A DNA stretch of 39,580 nt from Myxococcota bacterium (GCA_023150835.1 JAKLKB010000128.1:1-39580); one strand, 5' to 3'. Shown: positions 28,231 to 38,829, numbered from the stretch's first letter. The notes: a model not told the origin generated them from the sequence alone. Translations and numbers: made by a program.

Positions 28231-28290
28231 TACGAGATCCGCCGAATGTGTGATCGCATGATGCAGGGCGGTTCGCGAACCGCACCTACA
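28231..28290 (+). repeat. Family B flank plus REP-like palindrome
   Basis: TACGAGATCCGCC..TGTGTGATCG resembles 8028-8053; GCAGGGCGGTTCGCGAACCGCACCTAC is a GTAG-family REP-like hairpin. Confidence 0.7.
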
Positions 28291-28319
28291 ACGGGTTGAT
28301 TCTTCACGCTTTCCCTTTT

Positions 28320-28505
28320 CTACTGCGTCACTCCTGTTCTGTTTTGCTTGGGTTTGTTGCTAAGCAAGCTATCGACCGCGCTGGGATCGGCAAGCGTCGA
28401 TGTATCGCCAAGGCTGCTGAGTTCGTTGGCGGCGATCTTGCGCAAGATCCGACGCATGATCTTTCCTGAGCGCGTCTTGGGCAGCGCTTCGGCTGGATAG
28501 ATCAC
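28320..28505 (-). pseudogene. acs: Duplicated 3' end of acs (att-like repeat)
   Basis: 28347-28505 matches 33788-33946 with 9 mismatches in 159 bp; encodes [18 protein letters not shown]. Confidence 0.92.
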
Positions 28506-28617
28506 ATTGGGTATTTATAGAATTTTTCTTCATATTTTATTCATTAAAAAGCAATCATTCTATGAAAAAACGACCATTCTTTTATCGCCAAACAAGCAAG
28601 ATTTTTATTCTTTTCTA

Positions 28618-28646
28618 TTGACAACACTTCCTCTTTTTTGTAGACC
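28618..28646 (+). promoter_or_regulatory. Putative sigma70 promoter for islet genes
   Basis: TTGACA-N17-TAGACC with AT-rich upstream DNA. Confidence 0.35.
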
Positions 28647-28795
28647 CCAAACAGACGGAAAAGTATTGCGTTCTTCTCGAACAACACCATCGCGCAGCCA
28701 AAGCAATACTTCCTCTTCAACCGTTCGCTCAAACACCTCATCATCGCTCGAACATCTTCTTGACGCACTTCGCCTTCAACGCACGAGGTTATTCG

Positions 28796-31700
28796 ATGAA
28801 CCTGCGCCCCCTGCTTTCCTCCTTTGTCCAAGAAACAAAAAGAAAAAGAACACCCAACATCTTGTTTTTATTGTTTTTTTTCACACTCAGCACACCCGTA
28901 ACGTGGGCATTAGACTACGCAAACAATCCCGTGTCCGCAACATATGCTCAAACGTGGGATTACACTCCTACACTCACCGGCCTTTACACATTCGAAACGG
29001 AGATCCAAAACCCAACAGGAGACACTGTACTTTATGTGAAAGGTGGCAACGTATCCGTTTTCAACGACGACTGCCACATGGACATCAACAACGTCTGCCC
29101 GTCTGTCGGACAAAACAGCATTCGTCGTTCCAAGCTTAAAGTCCAACTCGCTGCAGGCACAACCTACAAGATCATCGTCGTTGCGTTCGTTACATTCGGT
29201 GAGATCGCGTCGCGAGTGCGTTTCCACGGTACAGCTCATTTGAAAGCCACCAACCATAGCATCTGGGTAGAAACCATCTTTGGAGGGCACTTTGCTTACA
29301 CCTATCTCATGACAAACATGCCTTTCGGTGGCGATATGATCAACGTTCAAGACAACGAGCCAAACCTCCATCTCTACGCGAGCACAAGTGGTCGCCCCAA
29401 GGCCATTCAAACGTGGCAACCTATTCTCTTGATGGGCGTCAAATGTGATCGTTCCATGAACGGCTTGAGCACGGGCTACACTGGGGTAGGTTGGCATTCT
29501 GCGTTGTCCACAGTCGGTAGTTGTGGGATCTACGTAGCGAGTCCGCACGTATTTTCGTTGATCTACGGCTACGACCTTCCCGAAACAGTACTCAACGTGA
29601 TGCTCAACGATGCGTTCCATCCCGATTCCGATCACGATCAAGACTACCTCGGAATTCGGCTCGAACAGAGCCTAGGCACATGTGATCGAGACAGCCAAGT
29701 CCTTGTCGCCCGCCCTCAAAATCCCCCCGACATCCGTTGCGGGGACACCGTCACGAACCCCAACAACCAACAAGTGCGGCGCATCTACAATTTTCAAGAC
29801 TCCGACTGCGATGGCATCCCAGATCTACACGAAGTTTACGGGATCTCTGCCTACTTCGGTGGCTCTGTGCAATTGCTTGATCTTTCGGCTTTGGGTGCCT
29901 CGCCCTCCAGAAAAGATCTATTTTTGGAGATAGACGAATCCAACGGTGGTGTCCCCTTAAACGGTTGGCCTGCGGTGATCCGCTCTTTGCACCAATCCCT
30001 CAAAGACGCTCCATCGGGTGACGTCGTCAATGCACGCCCAGATATCTCGGGGATCCGCGTACACGCAGATATCGGTATCGCTCCCGAAAATACGGAGGAC
30101 GACAACCTGCAGATCTACAACGATTGGGGCGGACACCAATTCTTTTCCGCTCCCAATCCACTCCCCGTTGGGCATCCGTCAGTCGGCCAAGAACCACACA
30201 AGATCACCGAGCAGATCGGTCGTGCGATGATGGCAGAACTCCGTCAAGGTGTGTTTCGTTACATCCACGCGGTCCGCGATCCAACAATTCTAGGCTGCGA
30301 AGCCACCGCTCCTGTCGGTCGTTGGCACATCAACTTGCGCTATGGAAGCAACGAAACAGACGCAGCGGTTTGCCAGCGCAAGCTGCTCAAAGCCATCGGG
30401 CACAGCATGGGACTCACAGAGTTCGGGCACCTCCGTTGGGGTTCCGCACCCGGCAACCCCCATTATCGAAGCGTCATGAACCCCGTCGCCCGACAAGTGA
30501 ACCAGTTTTCCACGGTTCCCCCCAACCATCAAGTCACCGGCAACGCGCCCAATTTTACGCCGCTCAGTCCAAGAGACGCAACAAAACACGATCCGTTGGG
30601 AAGCGACATCGATCACAGTTTCCTTGCAAATGAACCGTTTCAACTTCCTTATTCGTTCACCCCCACTCCTCTACCCGGAAATACACATAAAAATACGGTT
30701 GAATGGGGATTTGAATCTGCTTTTTTCAGATTGACACACCCCGTGACTTTGTCGCAGATTCGGACGGATTTCGCACTTGTGAACAAACAAGATCTACAGG
30801 TGGTCTCTGGCGAATCAACAACACCCACGTTGCTGTTGGTCGAAAAGAAATCACCCCTAGAGACGATTATCGGGCGGCCTGATTCGCGAATGTACCTCTT
30901 CTATACCCACCAAGAATCAGGACAAAACAAAGTCTTTTATCGATTCGCAAAAACAGGAGTGAACATCGTTGTCGATCTGAGCGCTCCAAGCCCAAGACCC
31001 AACCAAATCTCCTGCCCCGGTGGAGACAAGATCCTGCGCATGGGTAATAACCTTGTCGAAGAACCCGCGAATGAGTGTACGGTGTGGTCGCCTCCTATCC
31101 CGATCATCGGCACGGAGGGGGCAAAGAGTGTTACGGCTGTTTTTCTCCGAGAGATCGGAAACGACTTGATCGAACAATTTCTCATCGCTTACATCGACGC
31201 AAACAACCGCTTGATGTTCAGGCGCTCAACCTTTGTCAACTTCGACAACACCGCACAGAACGGACTCCCTCCCGGTCACGTCGCGTGGGACGAAACACCC
31301 GGTGGATGGAAATCCGTTGACAACAACGTTATCGGCGAACCGCACTTGCTCTTGACCGGCCTTGCGCAATCCCCGCCCAGCGGAGGCTACGAAGCAGTCA
31401 ATTTCCAAAACTACCATCTATCCGAAAGTGTAGAATTGTTTTACCGAAGAACCGACAAAATCTTTCGACAGCTTTCTTTGGTGAGAAATACTCCTGCGGA
31501 CTGGACTTGGACCGCCAGCGGCGGGTTCATCGTCACCGACCAAGCAACAGGCAGCCCCCTGACCGGCGAGATCGACGCCACACCGCTGTGGTGGTGGGGA
31601 GCCACCACAAACCAAACGGAATTGTGTGCAGCCTTCCCAGACACCAACCACAACGGAAAAGGCTACAAGGTTCACTTTTACTGCAAAGACGGAAACGCAT

Positions 31701-32269
31701 GGATTGATCGCACGCTCCATGCGTTTGGAGGCGAATCCCCAGATATACGAACCAACAGAAAAGTGGGCCTCACCACGCGCACAGCGCGGTTCGGCGGACT
31801 CAACGAGGCGGGATCCCCCATTTTTTTTGGTAGTAATTCTAACAATGTTGTAGGCAGCCATCTGTGGCTTGTCGTGCAAAACAATACTGATGCACCGCTC
31901 CTTTATTTATCGGGAGCGACGTTTAACAGGCCTTCCAACACAAACGCCCCCCTCTTCAAAAACACCTCTTTTCCTTACGGCTACATAGGGACTATGTTGG
32001 CTGGCCAAAGTGGCGTGTTTTTGCTCGATCATCCTCAACTGATCACAATGCGTGCAGCGACGATCCTCCCCAGCGAAACAGGGCCGATGCTCACGTTCCT
32101 ACCTTTCGCTGACGGAACGTACGACGCTGTCTTCACCACCGACAGCGACTTCAAGGTGATGGCGCGTGGTCTTTGCTTAGGAACAAAGAGCGGAGATCGC
32201 GATCCCCTTGTCGCGGGAAACCCCGAAGCAGCGTGCGGAACCATCGCGCAAAGCGTGTGGGGGTACTGA
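28796..32269 (+). CDS. Large exported protein: PPC-like domain, DxDxDG Ca-binding loops, degenerate metzincin-like domain, beta-rich C-terminus
   Basis: GAGGT RBS; signal peptide ending VTWA; GDTVLYV..FNDD..LAAGTTYKIIV; DSDCDGIPD..E; LGASPSRKDLFLEID; KAIGHSMGLTEFG..PHYRSVMN. Confidence 0.7.
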   Translation: MNLRPLLSSFVQETKRKRTPNILFLLFFFTLSTPVTWALDYANNPVSATYAQTWDYTPTLTGLYTFETEIQNPTGDTVLYVKGGNVSVFNDDCHMDINNVCPSVGQNSIRRSKLKVQLAAGTTYKIIVVAFVTFGEIASRVRFHGTAHLKATNHSIWVETIFGGHFAYTYLMTNMPFGGDMINVQDNEPNLHLYASTSGRPKAIQTWQPILLMGVKCDRSMNGLSTGYTGVGWHSALSTVGSCGIYVASPHVFSLIYGYDLPETVLNVMLNDAFHPDSDHDQDYLGIRLEQSLGTCDRDSQVLVARPQNPPDIRCGDTVTNPNNQQVRRIYNFQDSDCDGIPDLHEVYGISAYFGGSVQLLDLSALGASPSRKDLFLEIDESNGGVPLNGWPAVIRSLHQSLKDAPSGDVVNARPDISGIRVHADIGIAPENTEDDNLQIYNDWGGHQFFSAPNPLPVGHPSVGQEPHKITEQIGRAMMAELRQGVFRYIHAVRDPTILGCEATAPVGRWHINLRYGSNETDAAVCQRKLLKAIGHSMGLTEFGHLRWGSAPGNPHYRSVMNPVARQVNQFSTVPPNHQVTGNAPNFTPLSPRDATKHDPLGSDIDHSFLANEPFQLPYSFTPTPLPGNTHKNTVEWGFESAFFRLTHPVTLSQIRTDFALVNKQDLQVVSGESTTPTLLLVEKKSPLETIIGRPDSRMYLFYTHQESGQNKVFYRFAKTGVNIVVDLSAPSPRPNQISCPGGDKILRMGNNLVEEPANECTVWSPPIPIIGTEGAKSVTAVFLREIGNDLIEQFLIAYIDANNRLMFRRSTFVNFDNTAQNGLPPGHVAWDETPGGWKSVDNNVIGEPHLLLTGLAQSPPSGGYEAVNFQNYHLSESVELFYRRTDKIFRQLSLVRNTPADWTWTASGGFIVTDQATGSPLTGEIDATPLWWWGATTNQTELCAAFPDTNHNGKGYKVHFYCKDGNAWIDRTLHAFGGESPDIRTNRKVGLTTRTARFGGLNEAGSPIFFGSNSNNVVGSHLWLVVQNNTDAPLLYLSGATFNRPSNTNAPLFKNTSFPYGYIGTMLAGQSGVFLLDHPQLITMRAATILPSETGPMLTFLPFADGTYDAVFTTDSDFKVMARGLCLGTKSGDRDPLVAGNPEAACGTIAQSVWGY

Positions 32270-32271
32270 TC

Positions 32272-33330
32272 GTGAGGCGTTCCTCTTCACAAAAAAACAA
32301 TCCGCGCTCCCATCTTCGGGGCCTCATCTCGCTGTTCTTGATGTTGCTTCTTTTGGCAAATTGCGAATGTTCACGAGCACTTCCTTGGCCTTGGGCTTAC
32401 AACGACGACATCATCCCCGGCACGGACGATGCTGGAACTTGCAAGAGAGCAACACATCTGGACTCTTTGCCCTACGAGTTCGGTCCAGACATCGGACCGA
32501 CTACGTTTTCGGACATCGATGCGAAAGGCTGCTACAACGAATGTGATAGTGAGTTCAGTCGAATTTTCTGCCACGATGGCGGTCTTTACGAAGTAAGCGG
32601 GCTAGTCTCGCCTTGCGGCTACCCCTGCCTTCTCGGACCTCTGGCAATAAGCAATGTCTGCCGAAAAGGATGCCGCAAAGACTGCCACGACAAGATCTAC
32701 AGCTATGACCGGCTCAAACAAAAAGAAGCTAGTTATTTGAAAATCGTACAAAGCGCTTGCGAAGAACACCGCCAGAAATATCCGTATGAACGATGTTCCA
32801 CAGACGAAGAATGCTCTCCCGGCCTTTCCAAAGTAGACGATACCACCCACAACGTGACAAACTACTACCTTCGTTGCGATCCCGCACAAAAACGTTGCGT
32901 AGAGCGCCCTCCTACCGAAGTCCACGACTTCAACCAAGTCTGCGGTCAAGAACTCGACGGGATGTACAAACCCTTTGTCGATGCGGCTTTTGCTACCTAT
33001 GTAGCTGTGCGAGCCAAACATTGCTCCAAAGGGTACTGTTACGTTTGGGCCAACGACCTCAAAGGAAAGACACCTTGCTTGTACCAAGGCTGTACGACCC
33101 CTTGCGTCAATCACGAAGACTGCCCACAAAACGCTCGTTGCGTCGAGATCAACTCCGTCCCCGATGATCTCGAAAAACTACGCACCACCACTGCCGTCTC
33201 AAAAAGCAAGGCATTCGTCTGTATGCCCGGTTATTACTTGCCTTACAAGCTCAAATTCGGCTACGACCTCTTGACATACGCAGAGAAATTCTCCGTCCCC
33301 TGCGTCCCTCCGAAAGGAAGCACTCGATGA
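32272..33330 (+). CDS. Cys-rich lipoprotein
   Basis: Hydrophobic stretch ending in LANC; GTG 2 nt after the upstream stop; CSTDEEC and CVNHEDCP motifs; more than 20 Cys. Confidence 0.7.
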   Translation: MRRSSSQKNNPRSHLRGLISLFLMLLLLANCECSRALPWPWAYNDDIIPGTDDAGTCKRATHLDSLPYEFGPDIGPTTFSDIDAKGCYNECDSEFSRIFCHDGGLYEVSGLVSPCGYPCLLGPLAISNVCRKGCRKDCHDKIYSYDRLKQKEASYLKIVQSACEEHRQKYPYERCSTDEECSPGLSKVDDTTHNVTNYYLRCDPAQKRCVERPPTEVHDFNQVCGQELDGMYKPFVDAAFATYVAVRAKHCSKGYCYVWANDLKGKTPCLYQGCTTPCVNHEDCPQNARCVEINSVPDDLEKLRTTTAVSKSKAFVCMPGYYLPYKLKFGYDLLTYAEKFSVPCVPPKGSTR

Positions 33331-33776
33331 AACAGTCTCTTCTTCTTGCATCCTTCGTTTTGTTGTCCACAACGGCTTGCGACACATCCAACAAGACAGG
33401 GTCGCCTCTCGCAACGCAACAGCAACACCTCACCAAGACACCACCCGCATCCCAACGGAAAATCGGCGTGTTTCCGCTGGCCAACTCCCCCCAAGCCAAA
33501 GCATGGTTTGAACGCAAAAGTGCCGAAGAACGCAACAAGTTATTGCTCGCTCACCCCCAACGTGGACAGGCCAACCAGCCCAGCCCCCTCACACAAACCC
33601 ACCCCACCCAAACCCCGTACCTCCAACGCAAACAGCGCATCGATCAACGCTATCTCTTGAAGATCCAAGAACTTCGCCAAATCTACGCAAACGATCCTGC
33701 CGACTACACCAAACAAGCGATGGAGTGGAAAGAACGCATCCTCAAGGAAGAAATGGCCAAGCCTGTCAACCCCTAA
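33327..33776 (+). CDS. Small lipoprotein, hypothetical
   Basis: MKQSLLLASFVLLSTTAC signal; ATGA overlap with the upstream gene. Confidence 0.7.
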   Translation: MKQSLLLASFVLLSTTACDTSNKTGSPLATQQQHLTKTPPASQRKIGVFPLANSPQAKAWFERKSAEERNKLLLAHPQRGQANQPSPLTQTHPTQTPYLQRKQRIDQRYLLKIQELRQIYANDPADYTKQAMEWKERILKEEMAKPVNP

Positions 33777-33784
33777 AACAGCGC

Positions 33785-35743
33785 TCACTTGGGTTTGTTG
33801 CTGAGCAAGCTATCGACCACGCTCGGATCGGCAAGCGTCGATGTATCGCCAAGGCTGCTGAGTTCGTTGGCGGCGATCTTGCGCAAGATCCGACGCATGA
33901 TCTTTCCTGAGCGGGTTTTGGGCAACGCTTCGGCGGGGTGGATCACGTCGGGAGTGGCGAGCGCGCCGATCACGTTGCGGACGTGGTTTTTTACGTCTTT
34001 GATCAGCGCCTCATCCACCGCAACGCCCGGCAATGGCGTGATGTACGCATAGATGCCTTGCCCTTTGATATCGTGCGGATACCCGACCACAGCGCTTTCG
34101 ACGATCTTGTCGTGGCTGTTGATCGCGTCTTCGATCTCGGCGGTGCCGATGCGATGGCCCGAAACGTTGATCACATCATCCACACGCCCAGTAATCCGAT
34201 AGTATCCATCTTCATCTCGGATACACCCGTCTCCCGTAAAGTACATACCCGAAAACATCGAGAAATACGTCTGTTTGAAGCGTTCGTGATCGCCGTACAC
34301 CGTACGCATGATCCCCGGCCAAGGCTCCAACATCGTCAAGATCCCTTCGCAAGGGCCATCGAGGATCTGGCCTTTTTCGTCCACGATCGCGGGCTTTACA
34401 CCAAAAAATGGCAACGTCGCTTTGGTCGGTTTCGTCGCAATCGCCCCCGGCAAGGGCGAGATCATAATCCCCCCTGTTTCTGTCTGCCACCATGTATCGA
34501 CGATCGGGCATCGTTCATGCCCGACCACTTCGTGATACCACAGCCACGCTTCGTGGTTGATCGGCTCGCCGACCGTCCCCAACAAGCGCAAGCTGCTCAG
34601 ATCATGCTTTTGCACAAAGCTGTTTCCAAATCGCTCCAGCGCCCGAATCGCCGTCGGTGCGGTGTAAAAGATCGAGACTTTGTATTTGTCCACCACTTCC
34701 CAAAAGCGCCCAGCATCGGGGTAAGTCGGGATGCCTTCAAACATCAACGTCGTTGCGGCGTTGCACATCGGCCCGTAAATAATATAGCTGTGGCCCGTCA
34801 CCCATCCGATATCCGCCGTACACCAATAGATATCCTCGGGCTTGTAATCAAAGACATATTTGAAAGTTGTCGCGGCATAGACCATATAGCCGCCTGTCGT
34901 GTGCAACACGCCTTTGGGCTTGCCCGTAGAGCCCGATGTATACAGAATAAACAGCGGATCTTCGGCATCCACCCACACAGGCTCGCAGACCTCTTCGGCA
35001 CTCGCCATCAGCTCATGCCACCAACGATCGCGCCCTTCGACCATATCGACCTTGACTTGGCCCTTGGTACGGTCTGCAACGATACAAAGACGCACCGAAT
35101 GGCCCTTCTTTTGGCAGATCCCAAGCGCGTCATCCGTGGTTTGTTTCAACGGGATCGGCTTGTTTCCGCGTATGCTTCCATCGGCGGTAATCACCACATC
35201 GCTGGCCGCGTCAAGGATGCGATCCGAGAGCGAATCAGCGGAGAATCCGCCAAAGACGATGGTATGAACCGCGCCGATCCGCGCACAAGCAAGCATCGCA
35301 AACGCAAGTTCGGGGATCATCGGCATATAGATCGCGACCCGATCGCCCTTTTTGACACCTTGGGCCTTGAGGACGTTGGCAAAACGGGAGACCTCGCGCA
35401 GCACTTCGTTGTAAGTGAAGCGCTTGTCTTCGCCGGGTTCGTTGCCTTCCCACAAGATCGCGATCTTGTCGCCATATCCGCGTGCGATCTGTGCATCGAG
35501 CGCGTTATAACAAAGGTTGGTCTTCCCACCCACAAACCATTGGATATCGATCTTGTCCGTAAAGTCGTACGAACGCACCTTCGTCCAAGGCGCTTGCCAA
35601 TGGAATCCTTGGGCGATCTCTGCCCAAAAACCGTCGGGATCTTGGATCGAGCGGTCGTACATCGTGCGGTAGGCTTCGAGGGACTTGACATGGGCTTGTT
35701 TGCTGAATGCTTCTGAGGGCGGATAGAGCTTGTCTTCGAGCAT
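33785..35743 (-). CDS. acs: Acetate--CoA ligase (acetyl-CoA synthetase)
   Basis: [63 protein letters not shown] before ATG 35743. Confidence 0.97.
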   Translation of the reverse strand: MLEDKLYPPSEAFSKQAHVKSLEAYRTMYDRSIQDPDGFWAEIAQGFHWQAPWTKVRSYDFTDKIDIQWFVGGKTNLCYNALDAQIARGYGDKIAILWEGNEPGEDKRFTYNEVLREVSRFANVLKAQGVKKGDRVAIYMPMIPELAFAMLACARIGAVHTIVFGGFSADSLSDRILDAASDVVITADGSIRGNKPIPLKQTTDDALGICQKKGHSVRLCIVADRTKGQVKVDMVEGRDRWWHELMASAEEVCEPVWVDAEDPLFILYTSGSTGKPKGVLHTTGGYMVYAATTFKYVFDYKPEDIYWCTADIGWVTGHSYIIYGPMCNAATTLMFEGIPTYPDAGRFWEVVDKYKVSIFYTAPTAIRALERFGNSFVQKHDLSSLRLLGTVGEPINHEAWLWYHEVVGHERCPIVDTWWQTETGGIMISPLPGAIATKPTKATLPFFGVKPAIVDEKGQILDGPCEGILTMLEPWPGIMRTVYGDHERFKQTYFSMFSGMYFTGDGCIRDEDGYYRITGRVDDVINVSGHRIGTAEIEDAINSHDKIVESAVVGYPHDIKGQGIYAYITPLPGVAVDEALIKDVKNHVRNVIGALATPDVIHPAEALPKTRSGKIMRRILRKIAANELSSLGDTSTLADPSVVDSLLSNKPK

Positions 35744-35781
35744 CGGTGGGCCTCCTTGGTTCGTTGGAAAAGGGCGTAAAC

Positions 35782-35809
35782 AGGTTAGCCAACCACCCGC
35801 CACTGTCAA
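35782..35809 (-). promoter_or_regulatory. Putative sigma70 promoter for acs
   Basis: TTGACA-N16-TAACCT on the minus strand. Confidence 0.4.
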
Positions 35810-35946
35810 TGCTTCGAGAAACCAAAGGCGAAGATGCGACCCGCTGCGCGGCGAGATCGCGTGGGGCTTGTCAGGAGCATGGGGGCGGTGTTATACCAAA
35901 CGGGATCATGCCTTGGATTCGCGGCATTTGCCAAAGCCCTTTTTGG

Positions 35947-37392
35947 ATGGAGATGGGTCGATTGACCACCAACGCACACCCCCCCCAACCCCAAGACAAC
36001 GCCCGCCGTCACGAGATCCTCGTCGTCGATGACGAACGTGGGATGCGTCGCGTCTTATGCGCGATGTTGGAAAAAAAAGGCTACTTTGTCCACACCGCTG
36101 CGGATGGAATTGAAGCCGTCTCGCTTTTGGCGGAGCGCCCTATCGCCGTCCTGATCACCGATATCAAGATGCCCAACATGGACGGGATGGCTCTTTTGGA
36201 TCACGTCCTTGCGCACCATCCACACATCCCCACCATCGTCATTACAGCACACGGGACCGTCGATAACGCCGTGGTTGCCCTCAAAAAAGGGGCGTTTGAT
36301 TACATCACCAAACCCTTCGATATTACTGAGATGCAGGTGATCGTTGAAAAAGCCCTACACACCCGCGAACTCAACGATCGCAACTATCATCCTGACCCCG
36401 AAGAGATCGGTCGATACGACATCATCGGTCGCTCCAAACAGATGATGGCCGTCTATGACGTGATCTCCAAAGTTGCAGACACCCCCTCCACCGTCTTGAT
36501 CACGGGCGAAAGCGGAACAGGAAAAGAACTGATCGCCCGCGCATTGCACCAACACAGCAGCCGCCGCAACAAGCCTTTTATCGCCATCAACTGCGCTGCG
36601 ATCCCGCAAAACCTGATGGAATCAGAGCTTTTCGGTCACGAAAAAGGAGCTTTCACAGGGGCGATATCTTCGCGTGCAGGGCGTTTTGAGTTGGCCCACG
36701 AAGGAACCCTTTTTCTCGATGAGATCGGCGAGATCCCCGTCGAGATGCAAGTCAAGATGCTACGCGCCCTCCAAGAAGGCAGTTTCGAACGCGTCGGTGG
36801 CATCCAAACCATCAAAGTCGAAGTCCGTGTCGTCGCTGCCACCAATCAAAACCTCCAAGAAAAGATCAAACAAGGGACCTTCCGCGAAGACTTGTTCTAT
36901 CGATTGAACGTCGTTCCGATCCATCTGCCGCCTCTGCGCGAACGCCGTTCCGATATCCCCCTGTTGGTTCAACACTTTATCGACAAATTCAATCTTCGCC
37001 TGCGAAAGTCCATCGAAGGGATCACCCCCGAAGCGCTGAATTCTTTGCAAGAATACCAGTGGCCGGGTAATATCCGTGAGCTTGAGAACGTGATCGAACG
37101 CTGCCTGTTGTTCGCTTCGGGCGCGCAGATCACGCTCCAAGAACTCCCCCCCGAACTCTTGCAAAGCGGTGCGCAGGGCGGCGTCTATATCCCACCCGCC
37201 ATCGCTTGCGATATGAGTATGTCTCTGCCAGAGCTTTGGAAGATCCAAAAAGAACGACTGGAACGGGAGATGTTGCGGCGTGCGCTCGATCAAACACAAG
37301 GCAACGTCACCAAAGCCGCCGATCTGCTCGGCATCAGCCGCAAAAGTATGCAAAAAAAGATGAAAGATCTAGGTCTTCGTGAACATGCTTGA
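35947..37392 (+). CDS. Sigma54-dependent response regulator (NtrC/AtoC family)
   Basis: Receiver [56 protein letters not shown]; Fis-type HTH; start 35947, 35953 or 35962. Confidence 0.93.
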   Translation: MEMGRLTTNAHPPQPQDNARRHEILVVDDERGMRRVLCAMLEKKGYFVHTAADGIEAVSLLAERPIAVLITDIKMPNMDGMALLDHVLAHHPHIPTIVITAHGTVDNAVVALKKGAFDYITKPFDITEMQVIVEKALHTRELNDRNYHPDPEEIGRYDIIGRSKQMMAVYDVISKVADTPSTVLITGESGTGKELIARALHQHSSRRNKPFIAINCAAIPQNLMESELFGHEKGAFTGAISSRAGRFELAHEGTLFLDEIGEIPVEMQVKMLRALQEGSFERVGGIQTIKVEVRVVAATNQNLQEKIKQGTFREDLFYRLNVVPIHLPPLRERRSDIPLLVQHFIDKFNLRLRKSIEGITPEALNSLQEYQWPGNIRELENVIERCLLFASGAQITLQELPPELLQSGAQGGVYIPPAIACDMSMSLPELWKIQKERLEREMLRRALDQTQGNVTKAADLLGISRKSMQKKMKDLGLREHA

Positions 37393-37431
37393 ACGATGTT
37401 TTTTTTGGCGATATCGTCTTGGAGGCGCGTG

Positions 37432-38784
37432 ATGAGTCGATGGTCTATGCTCCTTGCTCGGAGCTTGTTGTGTCTCACGATCTTGTTGGTCGGCCCTGCC
37501 ATAGCATCTGCGGCGTTTATCACAGACGTCACGGACTCCTTCGATCCCGAAAATCGACGGCCTTTCGGCTTTCGCTTGTTCGTCTCTTATGAGTTTCAAT
37601 CCACCTCCGCAGAGATCGCCCGCGAATACTGCCGCGTCTCTAGCGATCCCGCCTACAACCGCTCCTGCCGCACTCCGCCGCGCCCGGGCCGCTCGCCCTA
37701 CGACGACCGCTTCTTTGACTACGCCCCCGAATTCGATCTCTCACGATTCCAACACAAGATGGATATCCGCGCTGCCATCGGCCTTTACAAAGATCTCGAA
37801 CTCTTTGTCAACGTTCCCCTAATCTTCTCCGAACAGTTTAACATCCGCACCAACAGCGCCGATCAGCGTTTTGCCAACGCCACCCTCGTCAAAGAAAATA
37901 TCATCCCCTCAAGCTCCCTCAACAACGAAGAAGCCACCGCCCGCCACGGTTTTGGACTCGGCGACCTCTCTCTCGGCCTACGTTGGGGCGTCTTCAACGA
38001 TGCTCGCGATCGCGGCAAAGCAAGCTGGGTCTTGGGCATCGAATGGACCCTTCCCACCGGCGAAGTCTGGGCCCCGGGCGATCCGCGAGCCTTTACACCA
38101 AGCGGTGGTGCTGGCGTTGGGCGCGGCGCACACGTCCTCCACTTCAATGTCTCGCTCAGCAAACGCATCTCGATCTTCGATCCCTACGTGCAGATCTGGT
38201 ACAAACTCTACCTGATCGAACAGAATGTCAAAGAAGGCTTACAACGCTTTGCGACAGGTGCCGATGCAAAAACCCCCCGCGTGATCGAAGAAGCCCTTGC
38301 ACCCGGGCATCACGGGGGCCTGCTCTTTGGCACCGAGATCGTCATCTGGGAAAACCTCGCCCGCGAACAAAAACTTGCGCTCGATCTGCGCTTTTCTTTT
38401 ACAGGCCGCTTTGAAGGCCGCGACTATACGATGTTTACCGACTTCCTCTCGGCTTATCAGCCCCGCGTCGGCGAAACCTTTACTCGTCAAAGTCTGATCA
38501 CCGACCACGAACAATCCTTTACTTACGGCGGGATGGCGGCTTTCCTCTTCCGCCTCGCACGCTACGGCCTGATCCGTGTCGAAGGGCGCGTCGATTATAC
38601 CCCGCCCTTCTTTGTCACCTACGCCAAACGCGGCGTCGACAAAGACGGCAACGGCTACGTCAACCCCGGCACCGACGAAGAATACCCCTACCACGTCCGC
38701 GATCTCGATGGCATCGGACGCCGCATCCAACAGCGAAACACCCTCACTTGGGCCATCATGATCACCGCTGGCCTCACCATCTAA
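37432..38784 (+). CDS. Probable outer-membrane beta-barrel protein
   Basis: GGAGG RBS; signal peptide ending ASA; GLGDLSLGLRW..WTLPTG; alternating strands; terminal strand WAIMITAGLTI. Confidence 0.6.
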   Translation: MSRWSMLLARSLLCLTILLVGPAIASAAFITDVTDSFDPENRRPFGFRLFVSYEFQSTSAEIAREYCRVSSDPAYNRSCRTPPRPGRSPYDDRFFDYAPEFDLSRFQHKMDIRAAIGLYKDLELFVNVPLIFSEQFNIRTNSADQRFANATLVKENIIPSSSLNNEEATARHGFGLGDLSLGLRWGVFNDARDRGKASWVLGIEWTLPTGEVWAPGDPRAFTPSGGAGVGRGAHVLHFNVSLSKRISIFDPYVQIWYKLYLIEQNVKEGLQRFATGADAKTPRVIEEALAPGHHGGLLFGTEIVIWENLAREQKLALDLRFSFTGRFEGRDYTMFTDFLSAYQPRVGETFTRQSLITDHEQSFTYGGMAAFLFRLARYGLIRVEGRVDYTPPFFVTYAKRGVDKDGNGYVNPGTDEEYPYHVRDLDGIGRRIQQRNTLTWAIMITAGLTI

Positions 38785-38829
38785 TTACAGGTTAGCCCGT
38801 AAAGCCCAAGTGCTTCAGCCTTGGGTGGT

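Larger units (their letters stand above)
28506..33784. mobile_element. Putative genomic islet inserted at the acs 3' end
   Basis: Bounded by the 159-bp acs direct repeat; AT-rich left edge (13 G+C in 28501-28560); three orphan-like genes; no recombinase. Confidence 0.65.

Noticed and set aside
28320-28505. Independent 61-aa protein
   Set aside because: It is a copy of the acs C-terminus with no RBS or plausible start context.
28347-33946. Diversity-generating retroelement TR/VR pair for the acs repeat
   Set aside because: Mismatches are not adenine-specific, are mostly synonymous, and no reverse transcriptase is present.
33938-35716. 592-aa plus-strand ORF, and similar long ORFs at 27006-28025, 1169-2392 and 3121-4533
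   Set aside because: Antisense or alternate-frame shadows of well-supported genes, with no motifs.
35707-35946. N-terminal extension of the sigma54 regulator
   Set aside because: It overlaps the acs start and the divergent promoter region; the receiver domain begins near 36015.
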